Shown piece after piece: positions 1 to 9,342 of a DNA stretch of 58,433 nucleotides. Each line of letters opens with the position of its first letter. Position 1 is the first letter of the stretch. The notes under the pieces are model-generated. The model saw nothing but the letters and a program-made list of their open reading frames with translations. It was not told the origin of the DNA and made no database searches. Both the position numbers and the translations under genes were made by a program. Source of the DNA: a virus (taxonomy: Duplodnaviria > Caudoviricetes); IMG/VR virus record IMGVR_UViG_3300025759_008281, positions 1 through 58,433 of that record. One strand, 5' to 3'.

Positions 1-2
1 AA

Positions 3-971
3 TTTTATAGTTTAACATCTAGTGATGGCTCAGTTGATATTGATCTTATAACAAATGACAATGTTATTGATCTTAATTCAACAGGTGAAGCCAATACTGC
101 ATCTAATGTTGGTGGTCAAACAGGTTTATTCAAAGGAAAAACTGGAGTTGATTTAGAGTTTAAAACACTAGAAGCAGGAACAAATGTTACTTTTGATACT
201 ACTACAACTGATGTAATTAAAATAAACTCAAGTGGTGGTAACACTAGTGATTATGAATACTTACAAGGAGGTAGATTTAAATGGACTGAGGATTCAAACA
301 TCACAGACTTTAATACTACACTTACAGGTGTTACTGAATATGGAAATGGTTATTATAACCTACCTGACATATCAGGAAGTCCAACAGGACTACTAGAACC
401 AGTAATATTTGGAGATAAAACTAGTTTAGGACAATTTGCAGTTTTTGTAAGAACTAACAACAATGGTCCTGGTTCTGGAACTTTTGTGGTAGATTATAAA
501 GCTATCTCAAGTGATAGCATAATAAAATTTACTTTTAAATGTTATGCACATGTAACTGTACCTCCTACAGTTATATATTTAGGGTTGCATTGCCGTAATG
601 CAACTACACCAATTACAAGTAACTCAGATATAGAATATGGATGGCAAGCTGTTGGTGTGGATCCTGATACAAATAATCAAATAACACAAATACAAGCAAC
701 TTGGTGCATAAAACAATCTGAGTTAAAAGATTCACTAGGCCGTCTTCTTAATGACCCTGCTGCAACAAATGATGTAGAGTTTCATCTTCTGGCAGGTTCA
801 AATGCAGGAAGCTCTAGTGCAGATGAGTTATTCTTTGGTGCTCAGTGGAATGCTGATATACCAACACAAGTAGACTTTCCATGGGTAGGACCAGCAACAT
901 ATGATATTGAGCTTATTGATGGTACAAATAATCAAAGATTCTTTGACAATCCAAGTCAAATATATGAATAA
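3..971 (+). CDS. Tail fibre / receptor-binding protein, C-terminal part (5' truncated by window)
   Basis: The frame of the 486..971 ORF appears open back to the window start. It reads FYSLTSSDGSVDID...GEANTASNVGGQTGLFKGKTGVDLEFKTLEAGTNV, a motif typical of phage fibre proteins. Confidence 0.6.
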   Translation, partial: FYSLTSSDGSVDIDLITNDNVIDLNSTGEANTASNVGGQTGLFKGKTGVDLEFKTLEAGTNVTFDTTTTDVIKINSSGGNTSDYEYLQGGRFKWTEDSNITDFNTTLTGVTEYGNGYYNLPDISGSPTGLLEPVIFGDKTSLGQFAVFVRTNNNGPGSGTFVVDYKAISSDSIIKFTFKCYAHVTVPPTVIYLGLHCRNATTPITSNSDIEYGWQAVGVDPDTNNQITQIQATWCIKQSELKDSLGRLLNDPAATNDVEFHLLAGSNAGSSSADELFFGAQWNADIPTQVDFPWVGPATYDIELIDGTNNQRFFDNPSQIYE

Positions 972-1376
972 ATGAGACTTTTAAATACCCATCCTGTTAA
1001 AAAATCAGATCTTGGTTTTCATGGAAATTTATTTGGGGGTAAGTTATTAGCATGGTTAGATGCAAGTGCAGCAGCCTATGCTACTGAAGTTTGTTGTACA
1101 CCTGGAATGGTAACAGTATCTATAGATAAATGTCACTTTATCAAGCCTGCAAAAGAAGGGCAGTTAATTAAGTTATATGGTGAAGTAGATAAAATGGGTA
1201 CAACAAGTATTAAATTAAATCTAGAAGCCCGGTTTCAAAATGTATACACTAAGAAACAAGAAATCATATTATCAACCTCAATAAAATTTGTAAGAATAGA
1301 TGAATCAGGAAACCCAATTCCCATAATGTCATCAATAGAAAAGGATAACTTAGACCAGGAAAGTATTAAAACCTAG
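972..1376 (+). CDS. Acyl-CoA thioesterase (hotdog fold, YciA-like)
   Basis: DLGFHGNLFGGKLLAWLD...VTVSIDKCHFIKPAKEG...FVRIDESGNPIP match the YciA/4HBT signature. Confidence 0.85.
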   Translation: MRLLNTHPVKKSDLGFHGNLFGGKLLAWLDASAAAYATEVCCTPGMVTVSIDKCHFIKPAKEGQLIKLYGEVDKMGTTSIKLNLEARFQNVYTKKQEIILSTSIKFVRIDESGNPIPIMSSIEKDNLDQESIKT

Positions 1377-1384
1377 TCTAAGTT
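1347..1384. terminator. Hairpin at the convergence of the + and - gene blocks
   Basis: AACTTAGACCAGG (1347-1359) pairs with CCTAGTCTAAGTT (1372-1384), one mismatch. Confidence 0.45.
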
Positions 1385-1521
1385 GTTGGTTTATCCTCTA
1401 TTATTAACTCCAGTAATACTTTTTTTAATCACTCTTTTTAGAAGCAACTTTATATAATAGGACTATACCTAGTATTAGACAAATGATTCCACGTAATATG
1501 TAATAACTAGTGTCCAATTAA

Positions 1522-2364
1522 TTATAAAGTTGATAAAGAATGATTAGGGTTTTGGTCTATATCAATATCATCTAAGAATGAAAACTCATCCTGAACTTCT
1601 TTAGTAGTATCAGACTTTTGAATTCCCATGTTAGATAACAAATCTGCAGTTATAAACTTATGAAAGTTTGCAGTGTCACTTATCCAGGTTCTTGGATGAG
1701 CTAACTTAAGACCATGAGTAACATGGTTATAAAATGCCCATGCATTATCTTGATCACACTTATAATCATAAGAAGGTTCTTTCATTTCTCTAACAATTTC
1801 ATTTAACTGTGTAGGTTTAATGATCTCTTCTGTTATAAGCATACGTCCTAAGTACTCTGCTTGTTTCTCTTGTGATAACTGAATTTTTCTCAATGTGTTT
1901 CTAACATCAATCACTTCTCTGAAATGTTTTTCAGCACTTTTAATTTGGTTAGAAATCTGCATCTTGATTTCTTGATCTGCAGTACCCGTATGCTTTCTTG
2001 CATAGTTTACTTCACCACATAGCATACCGTTGCTACATACTGCTACATATCCTCCAATAGCACACTGAAATCTTTTAGACTTATCATATGAGTTTGTCCA
2101 AGCAAACATCATCCCAAGCTCTGTTTCAGAAGCAACTAAGTTATCTGTTGCTGCCATAGGTTTAATGTGATATACACCTTGTGCTACTTTAGCATCAAGG
2201 CATGATCTATATAGTTCACGTTCAATGGTAAATCCACTGTCAGTCAACATTTTAATTGTATTGTTGATTACATCTCTGTGAGATACAACTGTATACCTTC
2301 CACCGTGTGTTGGAAGAGGTGCATTAATTAAATAATCTTTGGTAGTTTCTCCTGCCTTTAACAT
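1522..2364 (-). CDS. DUF932-like phage protein
   Basis: YTVVSH...NSYDKSKRF...GGYVAVCSNGM...RKHT pattern of DUF932/DUF945-type proteins. Confidence 0.6.
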   Translation of the reverse strand: MLKAGETTKDYLINAPLPTHGGRYTVVSHRDVINNTIKMLTDSGFTIERELYRSCLDAKVAQGVYHIKPMAATDNLVASETELGMMFAWTNSYDKSKRFQCAIGGYVAVCSNGMLCGEVNYARKHTGTADQEIKMQISNQIKSAEKHFREVIDVRNTLRKIQLSQEKQAEYLGRMLITEEIIKPTQLNEIVREMKEPSYDYKCDQDNAWAFYNHVTHGLKLAHPRTWISDTANFHKFITADLLSNMGIQKSDTTKEVQDEFSFLDDIDIDQNPNHSLSTL

Positions 2365-2400
2365 ATTATAAACCTTTTTAGTTTAGTAAATATAAATAAT

Positions 2401-2703
2401 TTATTTGTCTTTTACAAATTGACCATTAACCATTTTACCAGTTCTTTTACTGATAACGTTATATGCAGATTCAAGACATTCTTCTAAAGAAAGATCCTGC
2501 ATCTTAGCCTGTATAATAAGGGTAACCATAATGTCCCCCATAGCATCAATAATCTCAGCTCTGTCATTGCTGTTCACAGCTGTACAAAACTCTGTTGTTT
2601 CTTCCAATGTCTTTAATGCTTGAGCCATTGGTGTTGCTTTAGAAAGTATACCTTTCTCCATTGCCCAGTGTTCCACTGCAGCTTCTAATTCAAAATAATC
2701 CAT
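2401..2703 (-). CDS. MazG-like nucleotide pyrophosphohydrolase
   Basis: KTLEETTE...IIDAMGDIMVTL...AYNVISKRTGKMVNGQFVK. Confidence 0.85.
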   Translation of the reverse strand: MDYFELEAAVEHWAMEKGILSKATPMAQALKTLEETTEFCTAVNSNDRAEIIDAMGDIMVTLIIQAKMQDLSLEECLESAYNVISKRTGKMVNGQFVKDK

Positions 2704-2706
2704 ATA

Positions 2707-3027
2707 TTATAATTTATATAGTGAGTACTTAAGTAATATTTCTTCTCCAGGGCTTATATCCCTGATACTCCTTAATGCAAGGACACCAGGATCTATATCC
2801 CTACTCTTACCTGACCCTATTGTTTCTGTATTAGGATCATCAGAATGATTTATAAACCCACCTAAAGGAGTTCTTATAAGACCATGTTGGAATCTTTTAT
2901 CCCTAACATGTGTTATACCTATAATAGTATTCTTTTTAAAATGTTTTGTTGCAAACAATCCAAGACCTTCTATAGATGATTCTCTTATAGTTAGTCCTTC
3001 AGGCAACGGTCTATATGTGTTACTCAT
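2707..3027 (-). CDS. SET-domain protein (putative lysine methyltransferase)
   Basis: SSIEGLGLFATK...FINHSDDPN...RDISPGEEILLKY are the SET motifs. Confidence 0.85.
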   Translation of the reverse strand: MSNTYRPLPEGLTIRESSIEGLGLFATKHFKKNTIIGITHVRDKRFQHGLIRTPLGGFINHSDDPNTETIGSGKSRDIDPGVLALRSIRDISPGEEILLKYSLYKL

Positions 3028-3254
3028 TCTATTAACTTTAATTCAGGAAGAATAGAGTCATTTAATCTGCCTCTTCTCTTCTCATCATGTTTAGCTATTA
3101 TATAATTTCTAAATGTTGTTGGATCAAAATTATCATACTTATCAGTAAATACATTACTAAATTCTACAATAACTTGATTCAACTCTGTGCCATTAATTCT
3201 TAAGTTAGCAATTGCATCTGCACAGTTGACAAAATCTTTACGTGTCATGCTCAT
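3024..3254 (-). CDS. Hypothetical protein
   Basis: 76-aa ORF closely abutting or overlapping its neighbours. Confidence 0.6.
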   Translation of the reverse strand: MSMTRKDFVNCADAIANLRINGTELNQVIVEFSNVFTDKYDNFDPTTFRNYIIAKHDEKRRGRLNDSILPELKLIE

Positions 3255-3255
3255 A

Positions 3256-5250
3256 TTAAAATAATTTAATTTGATTAATAGAAACCTTTAAAATATTATC
3301 TATCTCAGATTCTATAGCCTTCATATAGTAAGCCATATCAATAGAGTATTGTTCCCATTTTGGGAATAGTTCCATGTCATTATATACAGTCTGCATCCAG
3401 TGGCCAGCCTCAAGTTGTATTTGCCTATCATCTTTAGCATTTATCTTTACAAGTTTGACACCTGATTTAGATATATAATACCTGTTGATTTTTTGCAGCT
3501 TATCCTCATTGTACTCACGGTCCTTGTCTACATACTTTGCAACTGTTTGCCAATCACCTTTTGATTTACTACCAATACAATAGTCAAGAATGTTTTTGTT
3601 TTCCTTAAGATAATCCTCTGGCAGAACATCTTTTACAAAGTAATGAAAGATTGCTTTAGGTATGACCAACTTAGACTTATTCTTGTGAAGAGCTAAGTCA
3701 TGAAAGTCAAATCTACCTTTAAGCTTTACAGGTGCAAACATAAAGTCCTGATTATGAATCTTATAGAGATAGTGAGGGTTATTCTCCTTAATCTTTCTCC
3801 ATGTAGTAAGATCAACTTTACTATATTCATTTATAGCAATATAGTTATTGACATCACCAAGTACCAATTTTTGGTACTTTTCATGTTCAAGATTAAGGTT
3901 AGTTATTCCTTCCCATTCACTACATATCTCTAAATATTCATCAACATACTCTTTTGGTATTCTAGTTTCTAAACCATCTGTATTCTGAAGTAATGCAACT
4001 GCCCCAGGAATTCTTTCCATGATCATTTCATACAACATCATTAGACTTAGTTGACCATTAACTGTAATTCTCATACACAGCTCAGGGTCATAGAAGAAAC
4101 TATTTACATCATTACTCAAACCAAATGTAGAGTTCAAAATAATTTTGTATACATAGTTCATTGGATTTGATTTAGGAATCTTTTTCCTTTCCTCAAAGAA
4201 CCATTCATACTGATCACAAAACTCATCTTTTGGAAAGTGTCCTGGAGACCATTTATTTCTAATACAAAGATTAGGATAGAAACTGGTAACATCTGATGTC
4301 ATTATAACATGATCATCATCTGATTTGTATACACCTGATCTTTTTGCACCATGCACACCACCTAAACCAAAGTCTGTTTTCACATCCTTATAGTTCACTG
4401 AATATTTAAAACTACCCTTGAGATTTTCAGGGTTAAGCTCTAATGATTCAAATCTATTAAGAAGATTTATGAATGTTGGAGAAGTAAATTTAATATAGGG
4501 TAAAACCAAATCCTTAACCTTAATTACGGATCTGGTAGTTCTCATCTTCTTTATTTCTCTTTTATCAATTCTTAACTTCTTAGATAGATAATATGCAAAT
4601 AGTTCCTTAGCAATTCTTGGTTCAGAAGCACTGAATAAATTAATATCATAAGTCTTGGATAACTCTTTCCTCAACTTAATCTGTGACTTAGATCTATTAA
4701 AGATTTCTTTAGTAGAAGCCACATCATTTATACAGTATTTAATAATTAAATCTATCTCCTCTTGGGTTTTAATACTTGTCCCATGAGGAATAGGCATATC
4801 AATTATGTTATCCCAATCCATGCTATACTGAATCCACTTTAAACTAGAACGTTTTGCTGGATTATCCCAGTGATGCATTTTAAATAAATCTATCTGTCCA
4901 ATACCCATTTTCCACAAAGGATAGTCTTGAAATTGTTTAGACCTACTTAATGATATACAATGACCAGCATATCCATAGATATCTCCTGCTATTCTTGCAG
5001 CAGGTAGCTTTGACAACCTTTCTCTATTTTCTATAATATAGTGAGTAACTTGTGCATCAAAAGCCAAACCATTAAAAGATATGTGCCACTCTTTATTCTG
5101 TTCATTCTCCTCAAAGAAGTTTAACAGATCCTGAAAATCATTTTGTAATTCATGAACTATAAAAATCTTTCTTTCACTTGTTTTGTAGTGTTCAAATACA
5201 CCACAAAAGAAGTTACTCAATGTCTCATAATCCATTACCCAGTGATTCAT
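3256..5250 (-). CDS. Family B DNA polymerase with 3'-5' exonuclease domain
   Basis: Exonuclease DYE and FNGLAFD motifs; polymerase motifs DVTSFYP, KIILNSTFG and NTDG. Confidence 0.9.
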   Translation of the reverse strand: MNHWVMDYETLSNFFCGVFEHYKTSERKIFIVHELQNDFQDLLNFFEENEQNKEWHISFNGLAFDAQVTHYIIENRERLSKLPAARIAGDIYGYAGHCISLSRSKQFQDYPLWKMGIGQIDLFKMHHWDNPAKRSSLKWIQYSMDWDNIIDMPIPHGTSIKTQEEIDLIIKYCINDVASTKEIFNRSKSQIKLRKELSKTYDINLFSASEPRIAKELFAYYLSKKLRIDKREIKKMRTTRSVIKVKDLVLPYIKFTSPTFINLLNRFESLELNPENLKGSFKYSVNYKDVKTDFGLGGVHGAKRSGVYKSDDDHVIMTSDVTSFYPNLCIRNKWSPGHFPKDEFCDQYEWFFEERKKIPKSNPMNYVYKIILNSTFGLSNDVNSFFYDPELCMRITVNGQLSLMMLYEMIMERIPGAVALLQNTDGLETRIPKEYVDEYLEICSEWEGITNLNLEHEKYQKLVLGDVNNYIAINEYSKVDLTTWRKIKENNPHYLYKIHNQDFMFAPVKLKGRFDFHDLALHKNKSKLVIPKAIFHYFVKDVLPEDYLKENKNILDYCIGSKSKGDWQTVAKYVDKDREYNEDKLQKINRYYISKSGVKLVKINAKDDRQIQLEAGHWMQTVYNDMELFPKWEQYSIDMAYYMKAIESEIDNILKVSINQIKLF

Positions 5251-5265
5251 AGAATATTATTAGAT

Positions 5266-5295
5266 AAAAAAAGGGAAGCATTAGCCTCCCTTTTT
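5266..5295 (-). terminator. Intrinsic terminator
   Basis: Minus strand reads GGGAGGC-TAAT-GCTTCCC-TTTTTTT. Confidence 0.75.
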
Positions 5296-5326
5296 GGATA
5301 CATAAATAAAAAAATTAAAAAAACTA

Positions 5327-5740
5327 TTAAGGTGTTAATATAGGAGAAGTTTTTGTTTCCTTTGTATCTACATTAGTATACTTTTTGAATTCAAATGTGT
5401 CAGCATTAATTGCAAAAATATTAATGAAGTCCTCAATTTCTTTTTTATTTGTTATATAGAACTCAGAGAATGTTTCCATTTCTACTCTTTGTTCCTTCAC
5501 ACTTTTACCAGTTTCCTTATTTGGAAACTTAAGTCTTTGTGGTTGACCTTCTTCATTTAGTCTTGGGACCATATGAAAAGAATTTTTTGTAACCTTACTG
5601 ATTACTGCTAAAATGTTTGACGTTGGGTCATACATAGCTTCTACATAGGGTGAGTCATTGCTCACTGGGATCATGCTGAATGATTCAACATTTCTAAATG
5701 CTGATGTATATAACATCATGTTTTTACCTATATTACTCAT
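5327..5740 (-). CDS. Hypothetical phage protein
   Basis: 137-aa ORF with an upstream TATCTTTG and a downstream terminator. Confidence 0.7.
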   Translation of the reverse strand: MSNIGKNMMLYTSAFRNVESFSMIPVSNDSPYVEAMYDPTSNILAVISKVTKNSFHMVPRLNEEGQPQRLKFPNKETGKSVKEQRVEMETFSEFYITNKKEIEDFINIFAINADTFEFKKYTNVDTKETKTSPILTP

Positions 5741-5754
5741 ATTATAATTTTTAA

Positions 5755-6330
5755 TCAGTCCAAAGATAAGTATTTATTTTTTAATAACTCAACTTCAGGT
5801 GGAAATTCAGAAACTAATGTTTCTTTATCTAGATTTGGAATACTGCAAACTTCATACACATCTTGGATTGTTTCTAAATCAACTTCAAGTGCATCTGCAT
5901 ATGATTGATGGTAGTCTTCCGGGTCCAGAAAGCTTTGTACATAATCAGACAACTTTCCTATTGTACCAAAAAAATTAGTTATTTGTTTTTTTGTTCCTAA
6001 AGAAAACTGTGAAAACTTTCCTTCAACAAATTTAACATAATCAAATCTGTAGGTTTTAAAGTTAAACACATAAACGTTTTTATCTTCAGGAAGCTGTATT
6101 GCACTTTCTAATAATGGATGCTCTTTCAAATATTTACTTTCAAAACTAATATAGTCTGGTGTTCTTTCAGAATGATATACACATATAAACTTGTAATCAG
6201 TTATACTATAGACTCCATCCCAACAGATATAAGTTTCTATTGGGACAAATTCTGCACCCTTCTTTAGTTTTAGCAAAGGGTATAAGAAGACTTTACTCTT
6301 CTGAAAATACTGTGTATATACCGACATCAT
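5755..6330 (-). CDS. Hypothetical phage protein
   Basis: 191-aa ORF in the replication operon. Confidence 0.7.
   Translation of the reverse strand: MMSVYTQYFQKSKVFLYPLLKLKKGAEFVPIETYICWDGVYSITDYKFICVYHSERTPDYISFESKYLKEHPLLESAIQLPEDKNVYVFNFKTYRFDYVKFVEGKFSQFSLGTKKQITNFFGTIGKLSDYVQSFLDPEDYHQSYADALEVDLETIQDVYEVCSIPNLDKETLVSEFPPEVELLKNKYLSLD
5761..5768 (-). promoter_or_regulatory. Bacteroidota primary-sigma -7 element TAnnTTTG
   Basis: TATCTTTG on the minus strand ~20 nt upstream of the ATG at 5740. Confidence 0.5.
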
Positions 6331-6332
6331 TC

Positions 6333-7316
6333 TTACAAACTAACTTTACCTGTTAGAAACTCATATGGAAGTGAATAATCTTTTTTATCATAATGGTACT
6401 TGGCTTTGTTAAGCACATTAGCTAGTTCACCTGCCCACATGTTTAATGTAGAATCAAGTACATCAAATACATAAACCTGATCATACTTGTCTATTACTAT
6501 AAAGTTAAAAAGAATTTTATAATCAGCCAATTCAATATCTAGATTCTCTATGACAAGTTTAGAATAAATAGCTGCTTGCATCCAATAGTTATAGAATTCA
6601 ACTGTTTCTCCAAACTCAGATATAGTTTTACCTGTAGTTTTTAAGTCACAAATTGTTACAGTTTTTGTATCAGTATTAACTTGATACCAGTCAATAATAC
6701 CTTTTAAACCAAACGGTTGGTTTTTTAAAGTACATTCTAATGGTTGCTCTACAAATGTTTGAATTGGATCTAGTTCAAAGTCAGTTACAGGAACATTTAA
6801 CATTTCTTTTACAAACTTATTGTTTCTAACTATCTCAACTTGTTCATTACATTTTTGCAACGTTTCTTGATCAACAACATCAACTTTGTGATTGTTTACA
6901 AACTCCCAATAAGGCTTATTATCTTCTAACCTTATTTTTGCAATCCTTTGGTCATCTGTTTTAAGAGATTGATACAAGTTCATATGCTTCAGAGAATCTA
7001 ATATAACTGAATCAGGGACCTTATCAAGATCCTTTTCTTCTGTATATAATGCCATATCTTTAAATACTTTTCTAACATTATCACTTGGTGTTTTACCAGG
7101 GACAATGCTAAACTTTTCTTTAACATTCTCAGGCTCAAATAATAAACAGTGAATAAGTTTACCTTCAACAAGATGCTTATCTGTTCTTATTTCTCTGTCT
7201 TTTAAAATATAGTCCTTATAAAATAAGGATGGGGAAAACAATAGTTTATTCAATGATGAATAACTAAACTTAAAATCCTTGGAGTAAAACTCCTCTTCTT
7301 TCTGGATATCTACCAT
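6333..7316 (-). CDS. PD-(D/E)XK exonuclease (RecB / Exo VIII-like)
   Basis: FSYSSL...GKLIH...KGIID...ICDLKTT...YWMQAAIY. Confidence 0.8.
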   Translation of the reverse strand: MVDIQKEEEFYSKDFKFSYSSLNKLLFSPSLFYKDYILKDREIRTDKHLVEGKLIHCLLFEPENVKEKFSIVPGKTPSDNVRKVFKDMALYTEEKDLDKVPDSVILDSLKHMNLYQSLKTDDQRIAKIRLEDNKPYWEFVNNHKVDVVDQETLQKCNEQVEIVRNNKFVKEMLNVPVTDFELDPIQTFVEQPLECTLKNQPFGLKGIIDWYQVNTDTKTVTICDLKTTGKTISEFGETVEFYNYWMQAAIYSKLVIENLDIELADYKILFNFIVIDKYDQVYVFDVLDSTLNMWAGELANVLNKAKYHYDKKDYSLPYEFLTGKVSL

Positions 7317-7318
7317 AA

Positions 7319-8164
7319 CTAAAATATGTATCTAATTGTTTCTAATTTAAAATACTTACCATACAAAGACTTGAACTCCTTCAATAATCTAGACTTATGT
7401 TGCAATGGATACCTCATAACTCCTGAACTGTTCTTTATCTCATATGATCTTCTCATTAACTCTTGTGCTTCTGGACTAGCCTTGGCCATTTGATTCTTGT
7501 GATTAGTTAATGCAATAACTTCACACTTAATATCATTCTTAACAGCAGCCTTTACCTCAGCAAATAAGTTATTATACTCCTCTTTCCATCCTGGATAAAA
7601 TACTAATGGACTATAGTTAAGATGAACTTGCCATCCTAAATCTTGTAGTCTTTGTATATCAGATATTCTTGAGCCGATTAATTGCATATTTGGCTCAAGC
7701 ACATCAGAATATTTCTGAGGCATGAGACTTACACGTATCCTTGGTGATTTATTAAAGTGATTTACATCTAACTTTAACAATCCCGGATACTTAGTAGCCA
7801 TTGTTGTGTTAAGATTTTTGTGTTTATCATACATAAGCAGGTAATCATGTAAAGAAATTCCTGTTTTCTTTATATGTTTCTGCATAAGTACTAAATCTGT
7901 GTTGCAAGCAATATCTACCATAGTATATACAGGATCTTGTTGATCTGGTACTTTAACAAAGTTCTTTTCCCATTCAACAACAGATTGAAATATCTGATCC
8001 ACATTTGTATTAACAAACACTCTATGACCATTATACCTAGACATATAACAATAAGTGTCTACACAGCCCCCAAAACATCCGTAGATTAAGTTAGGAGCTA
8101 TGCAGTTTGCACTATTGTTATTGTCCTTAGTAACTAAGGTCTTTGTTTCTTGATAATTTATCAA
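7319..8164 (-). CDS. Radical SAM protein, spore photoproduct lyase (SplB)-like
   Basis: GCFGGCVDTYCY Cys motif, DIACNTD, TMATKY, RIRVSLMPQ, LNYSP and RY motifs resemble SPL-family proteins. Confidence 0.75.
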   Translation of the reverse strand: MINYQETKTLVTKDNNNSANCIAPNLIYGCFGGCVDTYCYMSRYNGHRVFVNTNVDQIFQSVVEWEKNFVKVPDQQDPVYTMVDIACNTDLVLMQKHIKKTGISLHDYLLMYDKHKNLNTTMATKYPGLLKLDVNHFNKSPRIRVSLMPQKYSDVLEPNMQLIGSRISDIQRLQDLGWQVHLNYSPLVFYPGWKEEYNNLFAEVKAAVKNDIKCEVIALTNHKNQMAKASPEAQELMRRSYEIKNSSGVMRYPLQHKSRLLKEFKSLYGKYFKLETIRYIF

Positions 8165-9342
8165 AATGGTAAATCATCTAAACCACTTAATATATCACCT
8201 GCTAGAACAGTATCTATAATATCAGCACCAGATTCATTCTTAATAATAGCAGATTTATATTTATCAGCTATCTTAATATCTTCTGGATCAAGTTCAAACA
8301 TACCTTTACCAAAACCAAAACGGTTAAGTCCTAACGTTACAATCTTCACAAGAATATTTTTAACAATAAATTCTGTTAATTGTTTCTCATCAATCAAAAA
8401 CTTTATAAGCTTCTCATAATATTGAGTATATTCATGATTGTTATTTGGTACAGGTAATACTTTTCTAAGAGCTTTTACATTTATGTGATTCCAATTCTTG
8501 CAATATCTAATAGTATTAAAGTTCATGTAATACAAGAAGGCAACTTTATCCATACACTTATCAAGATTACAGTTAGCCATCATCTCTAAAGCCATGGACT
8601 TATCATCATCTGATGTACTTTCCTTAAAGATAGTATTGAATGATTTAAACTCTTCTTCAGTCATTACATGTAAGTTACTGTTACATAGTTCTACAATCCT
8701 AGTATCTTTTATAAGATTAGTAGCAGAAGCAATAGTATTATAATCATTTACTAAAGTTTCTTTAATGTACCATGTGTATTTGTTTTTACCTGATGTACGG
8801 TCTTTATACAAAGTCATTAAGTCATTTGCTGCTTTACTTGAAGTACCACAACTCCAAGAACTATTAGCATTTATTTGAAATACACCTTCTTCAGGTAATA
8901 TGTTCTTTAAATGAAGGAATGCTTGATCAGTAAAAAGAACTGAAAATCTAACATCATTTAATAAATCATTAAGATCATCCTTTGTTATACACCGTGCCCA
9001 TAAATTCTCAATGGAATCAGTTATAAAACTTTCTGATGTAATAATGTAATCAGCTTTGCTTTCACTTCTTGTAACTTTTAAGTTACATTCTTCTTTTAAT
9101 AAATCAACCTTATTTCTAGGAAGTTTTAACTTAGGAGTTCTATAAATGCTTTTATCTCTTAAATCATCTTTAGATACATTAATAAAATTAATGTTCTCCT
9201 CTTTAACTATTTCAGCTATTGGTGTAGACCAACTGTCTGTAGTTAATAAAAACTGACCTTTAGTTTCTAACTCTATACTACCAGTTCTAACTTTTGAGTT
9301 TCCTTTTTCAAACTCAAAACTAAGTTTATATAATTTAGTCAT
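8161..9342 (-). CDS. Hypothetical protein with a BRCT-like segment; paralogue of the next ORF
   Basis: PKLKLPRNKVDLLKEECNLKVTRSESKADYIIT. Confidence 0.6.
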   Translation of the reverse strand: MTKLYKLSFEFEKGNSKVRTGSIELETKGQFLLTTDSWSTPIAEIVKEENINFINVSKDDLRDKSIYRTPKLKLPRNKVDLLKEECNLKVTRSESKADYIITSESFITDSIENLWARCITKDDLNDLLNDVRFSVLFTDQAFLHLKNILPEEGVFQINANSSWSCGTSSKAANDLMTLYKDRTSGKNKYTWYIKETLVNDYNTIASATNLIKDTRIVELCNSNLHVMTEEEFKSFNTIFKESTSDDDKSMALEMMANCNLDKCMDKVAFLYYMNFNTIRYCKNWNHINVKALRKVLPVPNNNHEYTQYYEKLIKFLIDEKQLTEFIVKNILVKIVTLGLNRFGFGKGMFELDPEDIKIADKYKSAIIKNESGADIIDTVLAGDILSGLDDLPF

